Source: Deinococcaceae bacterium (lineage in GTDB: Bacteria > Deinococcota > Deinococci > Deinococcales > Deinococcaceae). From it: DNA of 64,000 nucleotides. The stretch covers positions 1,152,386 through 1,216,385 of the forward strand of contig JAXLXL010000001.1 of the NCBI GenBank assembly GCA_046327935.1, given 5' to 3'. The stretch's first letter is position 1, and each line of letters opens with the position of its first letter. Both the position numbers and the translations under genes were made by a program. Under the pieces are notes generated by a model. The model had not been told where the DNA came from. It ran no database searches and was given only the letters and a program-made list of their open reading frames with translations. Below, in pieces: positions 9,761 to 20,248 of the stretch.

Positions 9761-10366
9761 ATGAAAGTTGTGATTGCCAGCTCAAACGAAGGCAAAATTG
9801 CAGAGATTCAGGCCGCACTAGCGGGTTTGGGTTGGGAGTTTCTCAGTCTGAGAGATATTCGGGTCGGCCTTCCTCCAGAAGATGCTGCAACCTATGAGGA
9901 GAACGCTGCCCTAAAAGCGTGCTCTGTCGCTTTGCAAACGCGAATACCTGCCCTAGCAGACGACTCCGGTCTGGAAGTCTTGGCGCTCAAAGGGGCTCCA
10001 GGGGTTCACAGTGCACGCTACGGAGCCAAAAAAGACGACCTCGAGAGAAATATTTATCTGTTGGAACAGCTTCGGGGTGTTTCCGACCGACGTGCTAAGT
10101 TTGTCGCTTGCATGGTTTTGGCTTACCCGGATGGCCATTTGGAGGTGTATAAAGGCGAAATTGACGGTCAAATTGTCCTCGGTCCCCGCGGTGAAGGTGG
10201 GTTTGGATACGATCCCCTCTTTATGCCCACAGGACTCAATCACACCTTTGGAGAAATTTCCGCTCAAGATAAACTCTCCATTTCGCATCGGGGTCGGGCC
10301 CTGGCTGCACTCAAAGAGGCACATAAAGACGGTCCACCCAAACGGCAGACCATTCCCTTGACTTGA
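9761..10366 (+). CDS. rdgB: dITP/XTP pyrophosphatase (Ham1/RdgB family)
   Basis: MKVVIASSNEGKIAEI N-terminus. FGYDPLF and SHRG motifs of non-canonical purine NTP pyrophosphatases. Confidence 0.85.
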   Translation: MKVVIASSNEGKIAEIQAALAGLGWEFLSLRDIRVGLPPEDAATYEENAALKACSVALQTRIPALADDSGLEVLALKGAPGVHSARYGAKKDDLERNIYLLEQLRGVSDRRAKFVACMVLAYPDGHLEVYKGEIDGQIVLGPRGEGGFGYDPLFMPTGLNHTFGEISAQDKLSISHRGRALAALKEAHKDGPPKRQTIPLT

Positions 10367-10626
10367 ATCATCCAGTTCGCTTTGCCCCTTCTTGGATGCA
10401 GCGGTTGTGCATGCATGCGGGGTCAAAGGTGGGTCTGTATGCATTCTGCATCCAATGTGTCATTTTTGCTTTTGCGAATGCATGGAAGAACTGACCGTTA
10501 TCAAATATCAAAAAGCAGTCTTGGCCAAAGTAGCACCAACCCGTTTCAGAGCAATGGGGTCTTTGTGCCTGAAAACTGCGGACAATGGATGCTCAAGGCG
10601 GTGTTACATGTTACCTTGGGTGATGT

Positions 10627-11937
10627 ATGTTTGAAACTCTTGGCGAAAAGCTGCAAGGTATTTTGGATCGACTGCGCTCGGAAAGCAAACTCACCGAATC
10701 ACATGTCAAGACCGCCATGCGAGAAATCCGTATGGCCTTTCTGGAAGCAGATGTCAATTTTGATGTTGCAAAAGAATTTGTGGCCAAGGTCTCAGACAAG
10801 GTTCTGGGACAAGAGATTATTGCGGGTGTTGGGGCTGGGCACATGGTGGTCAAGCTCGTTCACGACGAATTGATCGAAACACTTGGTGGAAAAACAATCC
10901 AACCCGAGCTTCATGCCCAGCGGAATGTTTGGTTTATGGTCGGGCTTCAGGGTGCGGGAAAGACAACCAGTACAGGAAAACTGGCCAATCTCTACAAGTC
11001 CAAGGGACGCCGCGTGCTGTTGGTCGCAGCCGACACACAGAGGCCCGCGGCCCGAGATCAGTTGGAGGTTTTGGGAAAACAGGTGGGCGTGCCCGTCCTC
11101 AAGGTCGAAGACGGCGAGACACCTGCGACCACCCGGGCCCGTTTGCAAGCGTATTTGCAGAACGATTACCGAGATTTGGTGATCGTCGACACAGCAGGAC
11201 GTCTGCAGATAGATGTTCAACTGATGGATCAATTGGCCGACCTCAAAGGGGAACTCGAGCCGACGGAGACGCTGCTCGTGGTCGATGCGATGACTGGACA
11301 AGAGGCCTTGAGCGTGGCAAGGACCTTTGAAGGGCGCATCGGTTTGACCGGTTTGGTCATGACAAAAATGGATGGCGATGCACGCGGTGGGGCGTCGTTG
11401 AGTGCGCGTTACATCACGCAGAAGCCGATTTACTTTGCCGGGGTTTCCGAAAAACTTTCAGGCCTCGAGCCGTTTCATCCCGATCGCATTGCCGGACGTA
11501 TCTTGGGAATGGGGGATATTCTCAGTTTGGTTGAACGTGCAGAACAGGCGGAACTCGCTTCTGCCATGCCCAAGAAACTGAACGAATTCAATTTGGATGA
11601 CCTGTTGGTTCAGCTTAGGAATTTGCGCAAATTGGGACCGATGACCGATATCATGCGTATGATTCCTGGCGTTTCAAAGGCCATACCAGCTGACTTCCAG
11701 ATCGATGAAAAACAATTGCAGCGCATTGATGCGATTTTGAGCTCCATGACGCGCCAAGAGCGTGAGAATCCCAGTGTGATCAATGGATCTCGGAGGAAAC
11801 GCATTGCCCGAGGTTCTGGTGTTGCGGTTCAAGAGGTCAATCGGCTTTTGAAAATGTACGATCAGATGAAAGATATGATGAAAATGTTTGGATCCAAGAA
11901 CATGCGCAAAATGATGGGCGCATTTGGACGAAAATAA
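10627..11937 (+). CDS. ffh: Signal recognition particle protein Ffh (copy 1)
   Basis: N domain, GTPase P-loop [30 protein letters not shown], and Met-rich M domain. Confidence 0.9.
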   Translation: MFETLGEKLQGILDRLRSESKLTESHVKTAMREIRMAFLEADVNFDVAKEFVAKVSDKVLGQEIIAGVGAGHMVVKLVHDELIETLGGKTIQPELHAQRNVWFMVGLQGAGKTTSTGKLANLYKSKGRRVLLVAADTQRPAARDQLEVLGKQVGVPVLKVEDGETPATTRARLQAYLQNDYRDLVIVDTAGRLQIDVQLMDQLADLKGELEPTETLLVVDAMTGQEALSVARTFEGRIGLTGLVMTKMDGDARGGASLSARYITQKPIYFAGVSEKLSGLEPFHPDRIAGRILGMGDILSLVERAEQAELASAMPKKLNEFNLDDLLVQLRNLRKLGPMTDIMRMIPGVSKAIPADFQIDEKQLQRIDAILSSMTRQERENPSVINGSRRKRIARGSGVAVQEVNRLLKMYDQMKDMMKMFGSKNMRKMMGAFGRK

Positions 11938-11965
11938 ACCCACAACCCACAGGAGATCCGCTGTG

Positions 11966-12214
11966 ATGAAAATGTATACGACCACCTGGTGCACGGATTG
12001 CATGGCCGTCAAACGTATTTTGATCAAAAAAGGCATTTTATTTGAAGAAATTGACATTGAAAAGGATGAGACAGCGGCGGATCACGTGATGCGTATCAAT
12101 GGTGGGAAACGCAGTGTTCCGACCATTGTGTGTGGAGATGAAGTTGTCGGTTTATCGCCTGTTTCCAGGGAACGTTTGGAAGGTTTTTTATCGAGGTGTG
12201 GGTTCACACCGTAA
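11966..12214 (+). CDS. Glutaredoxin-like / NrdH-mycoredoxin-like thioredoxin-fold protein (copy 1)
   Basis: MKMYTTTWCTDCMAVKR has a CxxC motif. SVPTIV cis-Pro region. AGGAGA RBS 9 nt upstream of ATG 11966. The ORF-track start at 11924 lies inside the ffh 3' end. Confidence 0.65.
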   Translation: MKMYTTTWCTDCMAVKRILIKKGILFEEIDIEKDETAADHVMRINGGKRSVPTIVCGDEVVGLSPVSRERLEGFLSRCGFTP

Positions 12215-12220
12215 CACAAC

Positions 12221-12259
12221 AAAAGCCAATCGGCAGACAGGATTGGCTTTTGGGTTTAT
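12221..12259 (+). terminator. Rho-independent terminator downstream of the glutaredoxin-like gene
   Basis: Perfect 11-bp inverted repeat AAAAGCCAATC / GATTGGCTTTT around a 9-nt loop, followed by a T-rich tract. Confidence 0.6.
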
Positions 12260-13045
12260 CCAATGCCGTGTGCCTTCTTCGATGCCGCTGCTGATGGGTT
12301 TTGGTGTTGGGTCGCTCTGTTCCGGATTCTGTGATGGACCGAGTGCTATTCCCTATAGCTCAACAAGGACGATGAATGACAACCTCCCAGAAGTGATTGT
12401 TGTTCTGGATCTGTTTAAGTTTGAGGAAGGAAGTGTCTTTTGGCTGAACCGAGGGTATTTACCTTGAGGCCCTGTGTATATACAAACCCTTATGGATTTC
12501 AGAAATTCCCCGTGGTGGAGTGGATAATTACAGCGAGTTTCTTTAATATCGGGAATGTCTTGAGAGGTTAAAACACATCCAGGTCACGCTTTATCCATGT
12601 TTCAGTGTTTTAAAAATGATGAAAACTGCTGTAGACTTCTTGCATATACATTCATCATGCCAAAATGAAATCCACACTCATACAAAGTGATGATCTTGAT
12701 TGGTTATGCTCTATGGGACAGCGTTTTTTGCGAGTCCATCCGAGTGTTTGAACGCGTTTGTATGCTACAGGAACGGAACCAGAAGTATGCGTCTGAGATC
12801 AGCGTTGGGCATGTTGAGTAAGGGGAAAGTTAGGGTGGGTTGGGCGAGATATTCTGGAAACTGATCATCGGTGATACAGCCTTTGGGAAGGCCGGGAACC
12901 CCGCCGGATTCCCGGGTTTGATTTTGGCGATGTAGCTTCCAGTAGCATCTTGGACAAAACGGCATCTAAAATGGAGTTCCAGTTTCCGAAAACCGCCTTT
13001 TCGCTTATATTCGTGGCATCAAAGCGGGTATGGACGTCTTACCCG

Positions 13046-13705
13046 TTATTCCAGTCGGCCGTCGCGCAGTGACAGGACATTTTGTGTCTGTCTTGCCACG
13101 TCGAGGTCATGGGTGATCAAAATCACAATGCGCTTGCTTTGGGACGACGATAAGAGCGACTCGAGAATCACATGTCCTGTTTTTGTGTCCAGGTTTCCCG
13201 TCGGTTCGTCTGCCAAAACAATGCTGGGTTCGGTCACAAGGGCGCGGCAAATGGCCACCCGCTGCTGTTCTCCTCCGGAGAGTTGGTTGGGATAGTGGTG
13301 CAACCGGTGGGATAGGCCGACCTGTGTCAGAAGGGCTTGGGCCCTGCGTGCGCGTTCTTTGGGGGGCACACCCATGAGGCTCAAGGGAAATTCGACATTT
13401 TCCTGCGCTGACAAGATGCCCATCAGGTTGTAATTCTGAAAAATAAAACCAAAGTGTTTCAGTCGATACAGGGCGCGCGCCGATTCTGTGAGTGCGGTGA
13501 TGTCGGTTCCATTGTGGATGACGGTTCCCTCGGAGGGCTGATCAAATCCCGCCAGAAGGTTGAGCAGGGTGGATTTTCCGGAGCCCGAAGGTCCGACAAT
13601 GGCGGTTGAGCGTCCCGGTTCGAACACATGGGAAAAGTCGCTCAGTGCAGTGACGGTTGATTCGCCACTGGGGTATATTTTGGTGACGTGACTCGCGATG
13701 AGCAT
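13046..13705 (-). CDS. ABC transporter ATP-binding protein (LolD/MacB/FtsE-like)
   Basis: Walker [10 protein letters not shown], signature LSGGEQQRV, Walker [12 protein letters not shown]. Confidence 0.85.
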   Translation of the reverse strand: MLIASHVTKIYPSGESTVTALSDFSHVFEPGRSTAIVGPSGSGKSTLLNLLAGFDQPSEGTVIHNGTDITALTESARALYRLKHFGFIFQNYNLMGILSAQENVEFPLSLMGVPPKERARRAQALLTQVGLSHRLHHYPNQLSGGEQQRVAICRALVTEPSIVLADEPTGNLDTKTGHVILESLLSSSQSKRIVILITHDLDVARQTQNVLSLRDGRLE

Positions 13706-14895
13706 CAGCTTCTCCCCAATGCCTCGGTGATGGCAATTCTTCCAGCACTTCTGGAGGGGAACAGACCCGCAAGAACCCCAAGCAACAGAGAAACACCGAG
13801 GGCGATCAGCATCAGCCGTGGGGTCAAGGCGGCAACACTGATGCTGGCCAGATTCTGTGTGTAAATGTTGATTCCCACAATGCCAAGATAGCCAACCACC
13901 ACGCCGCCCAGACCGCCGATGACCGAGAGAATCAGGCTTTCGAGTAAAACCAACTTGCGGATAAACCCAGGGTTTGCACCGATCGCGCGCATGGTGCCAA
14001 ATTCGCGGGTTCGTTCGTAAACGCCCATCATAACGGTGTTGGTTACGGCCAGCCCGCCCACAATCAGGGCAATGAGGGAAATACCAAAGCGGATGGCGTC
14101 CGAAATGCTCACCGCTCGATCCAAAATTTTGAGGAAGTCAGATTGGGTTTGGGCTTCCACGTCAAAGTCTTTTTTCAGGCTTGCGGCCACCGTTTTGGCC
14201 TGGCTGGGATCGTTCAATTTGAGTGCAATGTAAGACACTTTTCCGCGGATGTCCTGCGCTTTTTGCATCGTCAGAAGTGGAACGAGAATGAAGGCATCGG
14301 CCAGTCCCCCTGTTTCTTTGAGAATGCCGACGACCTTGAAAAAATTTTTTCGGTTGTATCGGACGTCACTTCCCAGTTTGAAACCCCCATTTTGGGCCGC
14401 TTTGTGACCCACCACGGCCACTTTTTGCCCTTCGTCTTGCGCGCTCAGCATGCGTCCTGTGGCAATCTCTGCATTGGGCAGGATATCTTGGGTGCCTTGG
14501 CTGCTGGGATAGGTGTAAAAAAAGTAGTTTTGTTTGACGTCAAATCCGCCACTTCGAACAGATAAAATCACGGGTGTTACACTTTTGATACCGTAAAGGA
14601 CGCGTTTTTCTGAGATCTGTGCCGCCAGTGTTTCGGGAACATTGATGGGTGGAGGTCCACCCTGGGTGATGCCATCCACTGACACTTGAATGTCCGGACC
14701 GATCGCACCCAACTCATTGCGAAAGACCTTGCGTATACCTTCTCCCAAAGAGAGAAAAACCACCATACTGGCCACGGCCACAACAATGCCTACCGACGTC
14801 AGGGCCGTTCGTGTCGAACGCCGCATCAATCCTCGGAGCGCGAGGCGGAACAGGTCTACAGGTTGCATGAGACGGAACAGGTCTACAGGTTGCAT
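13705..14895 (-). CDS. ABC transporter permease, FtsX/MacB/LolCE family
   Basis: N-terminal TM helix, large periplasmic domain, then C-terminal 3-TM FtsX-like domain. Directly upstream of and overlapping the ATPase gene. Confidence 0.8.
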   Translation of the reverse strand: MQPVDLFRLMQPVDLFRLALRGLMRRSTRTALTSVGIVVAVASMVVFLSLGEGIRKVFRNELGAIGPDIQVSVDGITQGGPPPINVPETLAAQISEKRVLYGIKSVTPVILSVRSGGFDVKQNYFFYTYPSSQGTQDILPNAEIATGRMLSAQDEGQKVAVVGHKAAQNGGFKLGSDVRYNRKNFFKVVGILKETGGLADAFILVPLLTMQKAQDIRGKVSYIALKLNDPSQAKTVAASLKKDFDVEAQTQSDFLKILDRAVSISDAIRFGISLIALIVGGLAVTNTVMMGVYERTREFGTMRAIGANPGFIRKLVLLESLILSVIGGLGGVVVGYLGIVGINIYTQNLASISVAALTPRLMLIALGVSLLLGVLAGLFPSRSAGRIAITEALGRS

Positions 14896-14899
14896 GAGA
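14846..14899. repeat. Perfect 27-bp tandem duplication spanning the permease start codon
   Basis: CGGAACAGGTCTACAGGTTGCATGAGA occurs twice, producing [18 protein letters not shown] at the protein N-terminus. Confidence 0.7.
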
Positions 14900-14909
14900 C
14901 CATCTTAGG

Positions 14910-15686
14910 TCATTTGGGTTCTTCGATGGCAACGCGCAAACAACCGATGCCTTCGATTTCGACCTCCACTTTGTCTCGAGCGGCCAAAGGACCGACGCCC
15001 GAGGGTGTTCCTGTGAGGATCACATCTCCGCGTTCTAGGGTCATAAATTCACTGATATAGGAGACCAAGGTGGGTATATCAAAGATCATTTGGTCGGTCC
15101 AAGCGTGCTGCTTGCGAATTCCGTTGACGCGCGTTTGGATTTCCAGGCGTTCAAGATCGAGATCGGTTTCCAGCCACGGCCCAAGTGGGCAAAACTGGTC
15201 GCTGCCTTTGGCTCGGGTCCACTGTAAATCGCTGCGTTGTCGGTCTCTGGCGGTCAAATCCAGGGCACAGGTGTAGCCCAAAATGTGATCGAGCGCGTCA
15301 CGGGTCCGGATGTGTTTACCCGGCGTTCCAATAACCAAGGCCAGTTCCCCTTCAAAATGCAGGTCTTGTGTCCACGTTGGGTACAAGATGGTGTCTTCAT
15401 GCGCAGCCAGTGTGTTTGGGCCTTTGAGGAACACCCCCGGTTCTTTGGGAAGTTCGCCGGTCGCGTGCCCCATCTCCTTGATGTGATCCAGGTAATTTCG
15501 TCCCACACAAATAATTTTCGTGGGTTCTGCGGGAGGCAGCCTTACAATTTCCGAAAGTGGAATGGCGGTGTGCTCGGTATCCCGTTTTCCATCTGGGCCT
15601 TTTGTTGGAAAAACCCGATGCGGATTTGTTTCATCCACCTGTCCCCAGAGGATTTGATCTTGCCATTTAAACCGTAGAATTTTCAT
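14910..15686 (-). CDS. Fumarylacetoacetate hydrolase (FAH) family protein
   Basis: FAH-fold motifs: IICVGRNY, FLKGPNT, GELALVIG and GTPSGVG. Confidence 0.8.
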   Translation of the reverse strand: MKILRFKWQDQILWGQVDETNPHRVFPTKGPDGKRDTEHTAIPLSEIVRLPPAEPTKIICVGRNYLDHIKEMGHATGELPKEPGVFLKGPNTLAAHEDTILYPTWTQDLHFEGELALVIGTPGKHIRTRDALDHILGYTCALDLTARDRQRSDLQWTRAKGSDQFCPLGPWLETDLDLERLEIQTRVNGIRKQHAWTDQMIFDIPTLVSYISEFMTLERGDVILTGTPSGVGPLAARDKVEVEIEGIGCLRVAIEEPK

Positions 15687-15772
15687 GCTGTATGACAGAT
15701 TAGCAGAGTTCTGTCGGTCAAGCTCTTGACCAAACGGCCAAAGTCTTATAGGCTAAGTTCCGCTGTTGTCGG

Positions 15773-15862
15773 GGAGAGGTGTCCGAGCGGTTTAAGGAGC
15801 ACGCCTGGAAAGCGTGTATAGGGTAACACCTATCGCGGGTTCGAATCCCGCCTTCTCCGCCA
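15773..15862 (+). tRNA. tRNA-Ser (anticodon GGA), type II with long variable arm, CCA encoded
   Basis: GGAGAGGTGTCCGAGCGGTTTAAGGAGCACGCCTGGAAAGCGTG...GGTTCGAATCCCGCCTTCTCCGCCA. Acceptor stem pairs (one GU). Anticodon loop CTGGAAA. Confidence 0.85.
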
Positions 15863-15881
15863 ATAGATGTTGTGAAAGCAG

Positions 15882-15925
15882 GCGTCCCAAGGGTTCAAAA
15901 AGGCTCTTGGGACGTTTTCTTTTTC
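15882..15925 (+). terminator. Rho-independent terminator after tRNA-Ser
   Basis: 9-bp stem CGTCCCAAG / CTTGGGACG followed by TTTTCTTTTTCT. Confidence 0.65.
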
Positions 15926-15965
15926 TCGAGAATCGGTTGAAATTCACGCGTGATACACTCAAAAC

Positions 15966-16508
15966 ATGCGCGCGTGCGACAGAGCCCTTGAAGACCTGTA
16001 TGTGGCCTTTCATGTGGAAAACCCTGTTGTCTCAGTGATGCTGACCGTGGGTGACCCAACCGACTTTCGTTATTTCTTGCCCAGAATTCTGGAAATACAG
16101 CGCGATTCTGGTGTGTTCGGCTGGCCGAGCATAGAGGTCATTTTTGGACATTTGCGCAGGGCGGATTGGCAGTCATGGCCCAGCCGTGAGGTTGCTGCCC
16201 TAATTTGTTTTTCACACGCTGTGTTTGAAGGGCTTCTCAATTCCGAGGAACACAATGGCGATGCAATCGACAGTTGGATGTGTGCTTTCGGTCGGGCCGG
16301 AATGGACGTCCAGCCCTTTTTGAAACGCCTGTTCGAGCCGCAATACCGAACAAAGTTCATCCAATACTATGAAAAAAACAGCTCAAAATTGATTCGTGGC
16401 AGGTTATCCAATGCTTTTTGGGACAACCGTGTGCCAATGCAAGAGATCGTTTCTTGGTTTCAATCTGAAGAGGTTCAAAACGCCATCTTTGAGGCCTATG
16501 GCTTATAA
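15966..16508 (+). CDS. Hypothetical protein
   Basis: 180-aa ORF with genome-typical GC. No recognisable motif. Confidence 0.4.
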   Translation: MRACDRALEDLYVAFHVENPVVSVMLTVGDPTDFRYFLPRILEIQRDSGVFGWPSIEVIFGHLRRADWQSWPSREVAALICFSHAVFEGLLNSEEHNGDAIDSWMCAFGRAGMDVQPFLKRLFEPQYRTKFIQYYEKNSSKLIRGRLSNAFWDNRVPMQEIVSWFQSEEVQNAIFEAYGL

Positions 16509-17083
16509 GTCGCGTGTTCTGTTGATCACACTGTTTCGAAATTCCTGAAGAATCCGAATTCCTTCCTCTCGGGCCACCGCTTCTTCGACCTGGACGCCCC
16601 GTTCATGCAGTTGCGCGCGCCAATCGCCCGATGGAAATGGGGTGTTGGGTAAATCCAACTGGGCCAGGAGGTCACTGTGGCTGATGGCACAAACAAAACG
16701 ACTCGGAACCTCTGAGTAAATGTTGCCCAAACAGAACAGGGAGGAGCCAAGGAAAACATTTCCCAGTCAGAGCGTTGGCGGAGTTCTTTGGATCCCCAAA
16801 GGTTGCTCGCAAGCATGAGCGCATTGGTCATCTCATGGCCTCCGATGCCGGGAGCGTCGACCCCAACAGAAATGAGCAGTCCATTTGCGTCAAAAACAGC
16901 GGCAGCCAAAGGCGCACCCGAACCCGACTGGATATTGAGGCGGGCACACTCAAAAACCAGAGCCATTTTGGATGGATCATCCGGGTAGGGCTGAGACCGC
17001 AACCGCGCCTCGTATTCAAGCAACCACAATGGTACGGTGATTTCACGCGCATGGTTCCAGTTGGCATACGTTGTATCTGACAT
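16503..17083 (-). pseudogene. Decayed CDA-fold nucleotide deaminase (guanine deaminase/TadA-like)
   Basis: The 185-aa ORF aligns to CDA-fold deaminases: ...GIGGHEMTNAL (H-x-E zinc site) and APPCSVW, where the second zinc-ligand Cys is Trp. The conserved C-terminus (CAISHSD...LQEFRNSV) continues in another frame (ORF 16503-16730), so there is at least one frameshift. Confidence 0.45.
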
Positions 17084-17235
17084 CTCAGCATTTTATCTCA
17101 GCCGTGGGCTTTGACCGTGGGCGGATCCAATGGCGCCCTTCTTTTCAACCCGTTTCAGAGCAATGGGGTCTTTGTGCCTGAAAACTGCGGACAATGGATG
17201 CTCAAGGCGATGTTACATGTTACCTTGGGTGATGT

Positions 17236-18546
17236 ATGTTTGAAACTCTTGGCGAAAAGCTGCAAGGTATTTTGGATCGACTGCGCTCGGAAAGCAAACT
17301 CACCGAATCACATGTCAAGACCGCCATGCGAGAAATCCGTATGGCCCTTCTGGAAGCAGATGTCAATTTTGATGTTGCAAAAGAATTTGTGGCCAAGGTC
17401 TCAGACAAGGTTCTGGGACAAGAGATTATTGCGGGTGTTGGGGCTGGGCACATGGTGGTCAAACTCGTTCACGACGAATTGATCGAAACACTTGGTGGAA
17501 AAACAATCCAACCCGAGCTTCATGCCCAGCGGAATGTCTGGTTTATGGTTGGGCTTCAGGGTGCGGGAAAGACAACCAGCACAGGAAAACTGGCCAATCT
17601 CTACAAGTCCAAGGGACGCCGCGTGCTGTTGGTCGCAGCCGACACACAGAGGCCTGCGGCCCGTGACCAATTGGAGGTTTTGGGAAAACAGGTGGGCGTG
17701 CCCGTCCTCAAGGTCGAAGACGGCGAGACACCTGCGACCACCCGGGCCCGTTTGCAAGCGTATTTGCAGAACGATTACCGAGATTTGGTGATCGTTGACA
17801 CAGCAGGACGTCTGCAGATAGATGTTCAACTGATGGATCAATTGGCCGACCTCAAAGGGGAACTCGAGCCGACGGAGACGCTGCTCGTGGTCGATGCGAT
17901 GACTGGACAAGAGGCCTTGAGCGTGGCAAGGACCTTTGAAGGGCGCATCGGTTTGACCGGTTTGGTCATGACAAAAATGGATGGCGATGCACGCGGTGGG
18001 GCGTCGTTGAGTGCGCGTTACATCACGCAGAAGCCGATTTACTTTGCCGGGGTTTCCGAAAAACTTTCAGGCCTCGAGCCGTTTCATCCCGATCGCATTG
18101 CCGGACGTATCTTGGGAATGGGGGATATTCTCAGTTTGGTTGAACGTGCAGAACAGGCGGAACTCGCTTCTGCCATGCCCAAGAAACTGAACGAATTCAA
18201 TTTGGATGACCTGTTGGTTCAGCTTAGGAATTTGCGCAAATTGGGACCGATGACCGATATCATGCGTATGATTCCTGGCGTTTCAAAGGCCATACCAGCT
18301 GACTTCCAGATCGATGAAAAACAATTGCAGCGCATTGATGCGATTTTGAGCTCCATGACGCGCCAAGAGCGTGAGAATCCCAGTGTGATCAATGGATCTC
18401 GGAGGAAACGCATTGCCCGAGGTTCTGGTGTTGCGGTTCAAGAGGTCAATCGGCTTTTGAAAATGTACGATCAGATGAAAGATATGATGAAAATGTTTGG
18501 ATCCAAGAACATGCGCAAAATGATGGGCGCATTTGGACGAAAATAA
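17236..18546 (+). CDS. ffh: Signal recognition particle protein Ffh (copy 2)
   Basis: Full-length and in frame. Differs from copy 1 by one residue (F to L) plus about ten synonymous substitutions. Confidence 0.85.
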   Translation: MFETLGEKLQGILDRLRSESKLTESHVKTAMREIRMALLEADVNFDVAKEFVAKVSDKVLGQEIIAGVGAGHMVVKLVHDELIETLGGKTIQPELHAQRNVWFMVGLQGAGKTTSTGKLANLYKSKGRRVLLVAADTQRPAARDQLEVLGKQVGVPVLKVEDGETPATTRARLQAYLQNDYRDLVIVDTAGRLQIDVQLMDQLADLKGELEPTETLLVVDAMTGQEALSVARTFEGRIGLTGLVMTKMDGDARGGASLSARYITQKPIYFAGVSEKLSGLEPFHPDRIAGRILGMGDILSLVERAEQAELASAMPKKLNEFNLDDLLVQLRNLRKLGPMTDIMRMIPGVSKAIPADFQIDEKQLQRIDAILSSMTRQERENPSVINGSRRKRIARGSGVAVQEVNRLLKMYDQMKDMMKMFGSKNMRKMMGAFGRK

Positions 18547-18574
18547 ACCCACAACCCACAGGAGATCCGCTGTG

Positions 18575-18823
18575 ATGAAAATGTATACGACCACCTGGTG
18601 CACGGATTGCATGGCCGTCAAACGTATTTTGATCAAAAAAGGCATTTTATTTGAAGAAATTGACATTGAAAAGGATGAGACAGCTGCGGATCATGTGATG
18701 CGTATCAATGGTGGGAAACGCAGTGTTCCGACCATTGTGTGTGGAGATGAAGTTGTCGGTTTATCGCCTGTTTCCAGGGAACGTTTGGAAGGTTTTTTAT
18801 CGAGGTGTGGGTTCACACCGTAA
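18575..18823 (+). CDS. Glutaredoxin-like protein (copy 2)
   Basis: Protein identical to copy 1. Same RBS. Confidence 0.6.
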   Translation: MKMYTTTWCTDCMAVKRILIKKGILFEEIDIEKDETAADHVMRINGGKRSVPTIVCGDEVVGLSPVSRERLEGFLSRCGFTP

Positions 18824-19696
18824 CACAACAAAAGCCAATCGGCAGACAGGATCAGCTTTTGGGTTTATCCAATGCCGTGTGCCTTCTTTGATGCCACTGC
18901 TGATGGGTTTTGGTGTTGGGTCACTCTGTTCCGTGTTTTGTGATGGACCGAGTGCGATGCATACCCACAGAAAAGCTGGCAATACTGCTGTGATTTGCAT
19001 TGCCAAAATGTACCCAGAGCGTAATTTTAGAGCAATCTATATTATTTTTAGATATCTTAGAGAGTGTATGAACCTGTCTGAAATCTAAGATGCTTAGACT
19101 GGATATTGCGTCTCTTTCGAGGCCCTTTTGGGTCTTTTTAACTAGAGAAATACCAGTGAGGGAAATCATGGGGCATACTGTTTCATTTAGAACCATTATC
19201 AAGTATATGGAAGATGGCATTGATCATTTCTTCTAGGGATACGAGAATCAATGGTCAGTCAAGCAGGTGTAAAGATGGCGTACAAGTTATACTACGGCAT
19301 ATTTTATAATTATTGGGAATTTTTGAGAGCTTAATAAAAGTAGTTTCAAAAAGTTTCTTTTTCTATGAATATCGCTTTCTAAATTTCAAGGAAATTAGGG
19401 AATTTCCCGTAAGGTATTGTTGTTTCTAAGTTGTATGTGTTTACACAAAATGAAGAAAAGAAGTACCATGCATTCCTGCGGCCTCTTTTATGAAAATACC
19501 ATTCGTTATATTTTTAAACTCTTCTTTTTCTGGGATCTAGGCTGTGATTTACTGTCATATACAAGGCTGATCACACTGCATTTAAAAATAAAATATCCTA
19601 AAAGTAGATGAACTTGCCGTAAAACGCAGTCTGTTATATGTCCTTATTATATTTCCTCCCTGGATAAATTTATACAGACTCTAATTGATGTGAATT

Positions 19697-20248
19697 TCAT
19701 TGCTCTATTTGCTCAAATCGTTCACTTCTATTGAGTTTTTCAAGTGCTTCTTTGCAAGAATCTGCAACGAAATTAAGTTTTCTATCGACACTTGCGAATA
19801 CCCTACCCATATCATCAATCAAAAGCACAACCATTCCACACTCGTCGACACCAACTGGACACAGACGGCGTTGAATCATACACTCATCTTCTTCTAATCT
19901 AAATTCAACATAGTGATCTGCCGCGTGTAGAACGTCGAATTTGTATCTCTTCTGGGTATTGACGTTTTTACCTGGAAAATCAACAGTTAAATAATTGTAA
20001 GAACATGCAAATTTTATCGCAAATTCATTAAAATAAACACCGAGCGAAGATAATTTATGGGCAATTTCTGAAACATCAACACATCGATTGGCAGTCCATC
20101 CTGATTTATAAAGTGTCTCATCCAATGATGGCCAGACTTCTCTCCTATTCGCAATTTTTTGTCCCTTTAGTAAAAATTGAATTTCAGCCAGCTCTTGCTC
20201 AATTTCCTGTTGAAGCTGTGCTATCAAACGATTCCCTTCTGTATCCAT
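19697..20248 (-). CDS. Hypothetical protein encoded in a low-GC islet
   Basis: 183-aa ORF with much lower GC than its surroundings. No motif recognised. Confidence 0.4.
   Translation of the reverse strand: MDTEGNRLIAQLQQEIEQELAEIQFLLKGQKIANRREVWPSLDETLYKSGWTANRCVDVSEIAHKLSSLGVYFNEFAIKFACSYNYLTVDFPGKNVNTQKRYKFDVLHAADHYVEFRLEEDECMIQRRLCPVGVDECGMVVLLIDDMGRVFASVDRKLNFVADSCKEALEKLNRSERFEQIEQ

Larger units (their letters stand above)
10538..12347 (+). repeat. Segmental duplication, copy A (ffh plus glutaredoxin-like gene plus terminator)
   Basis: About 1.81 kb nearly identical to 17147-18956 at an offset of 6609 bp. The differences are scattered and mostly synonymous, with one amino-acid change in Ffh. 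Confidence 0.85.
17147..18956 (+). repeat. Segmental duplication, copy A-prime
   Basis: See copy A. The terminator stem is partly mutated in this copy (GATTGG changed to GATCAG). Confidence 0.85.

Noticed and set aside
10792-11301. 169-aa minus-strand ORF (and its twin 17401-17910)
   Set aside because: Antisense to both ffh copies.
15792-16013. 73-aa minus-strand ORF
   Set aside because: Overlaps tRNA-Ser and its terminator.
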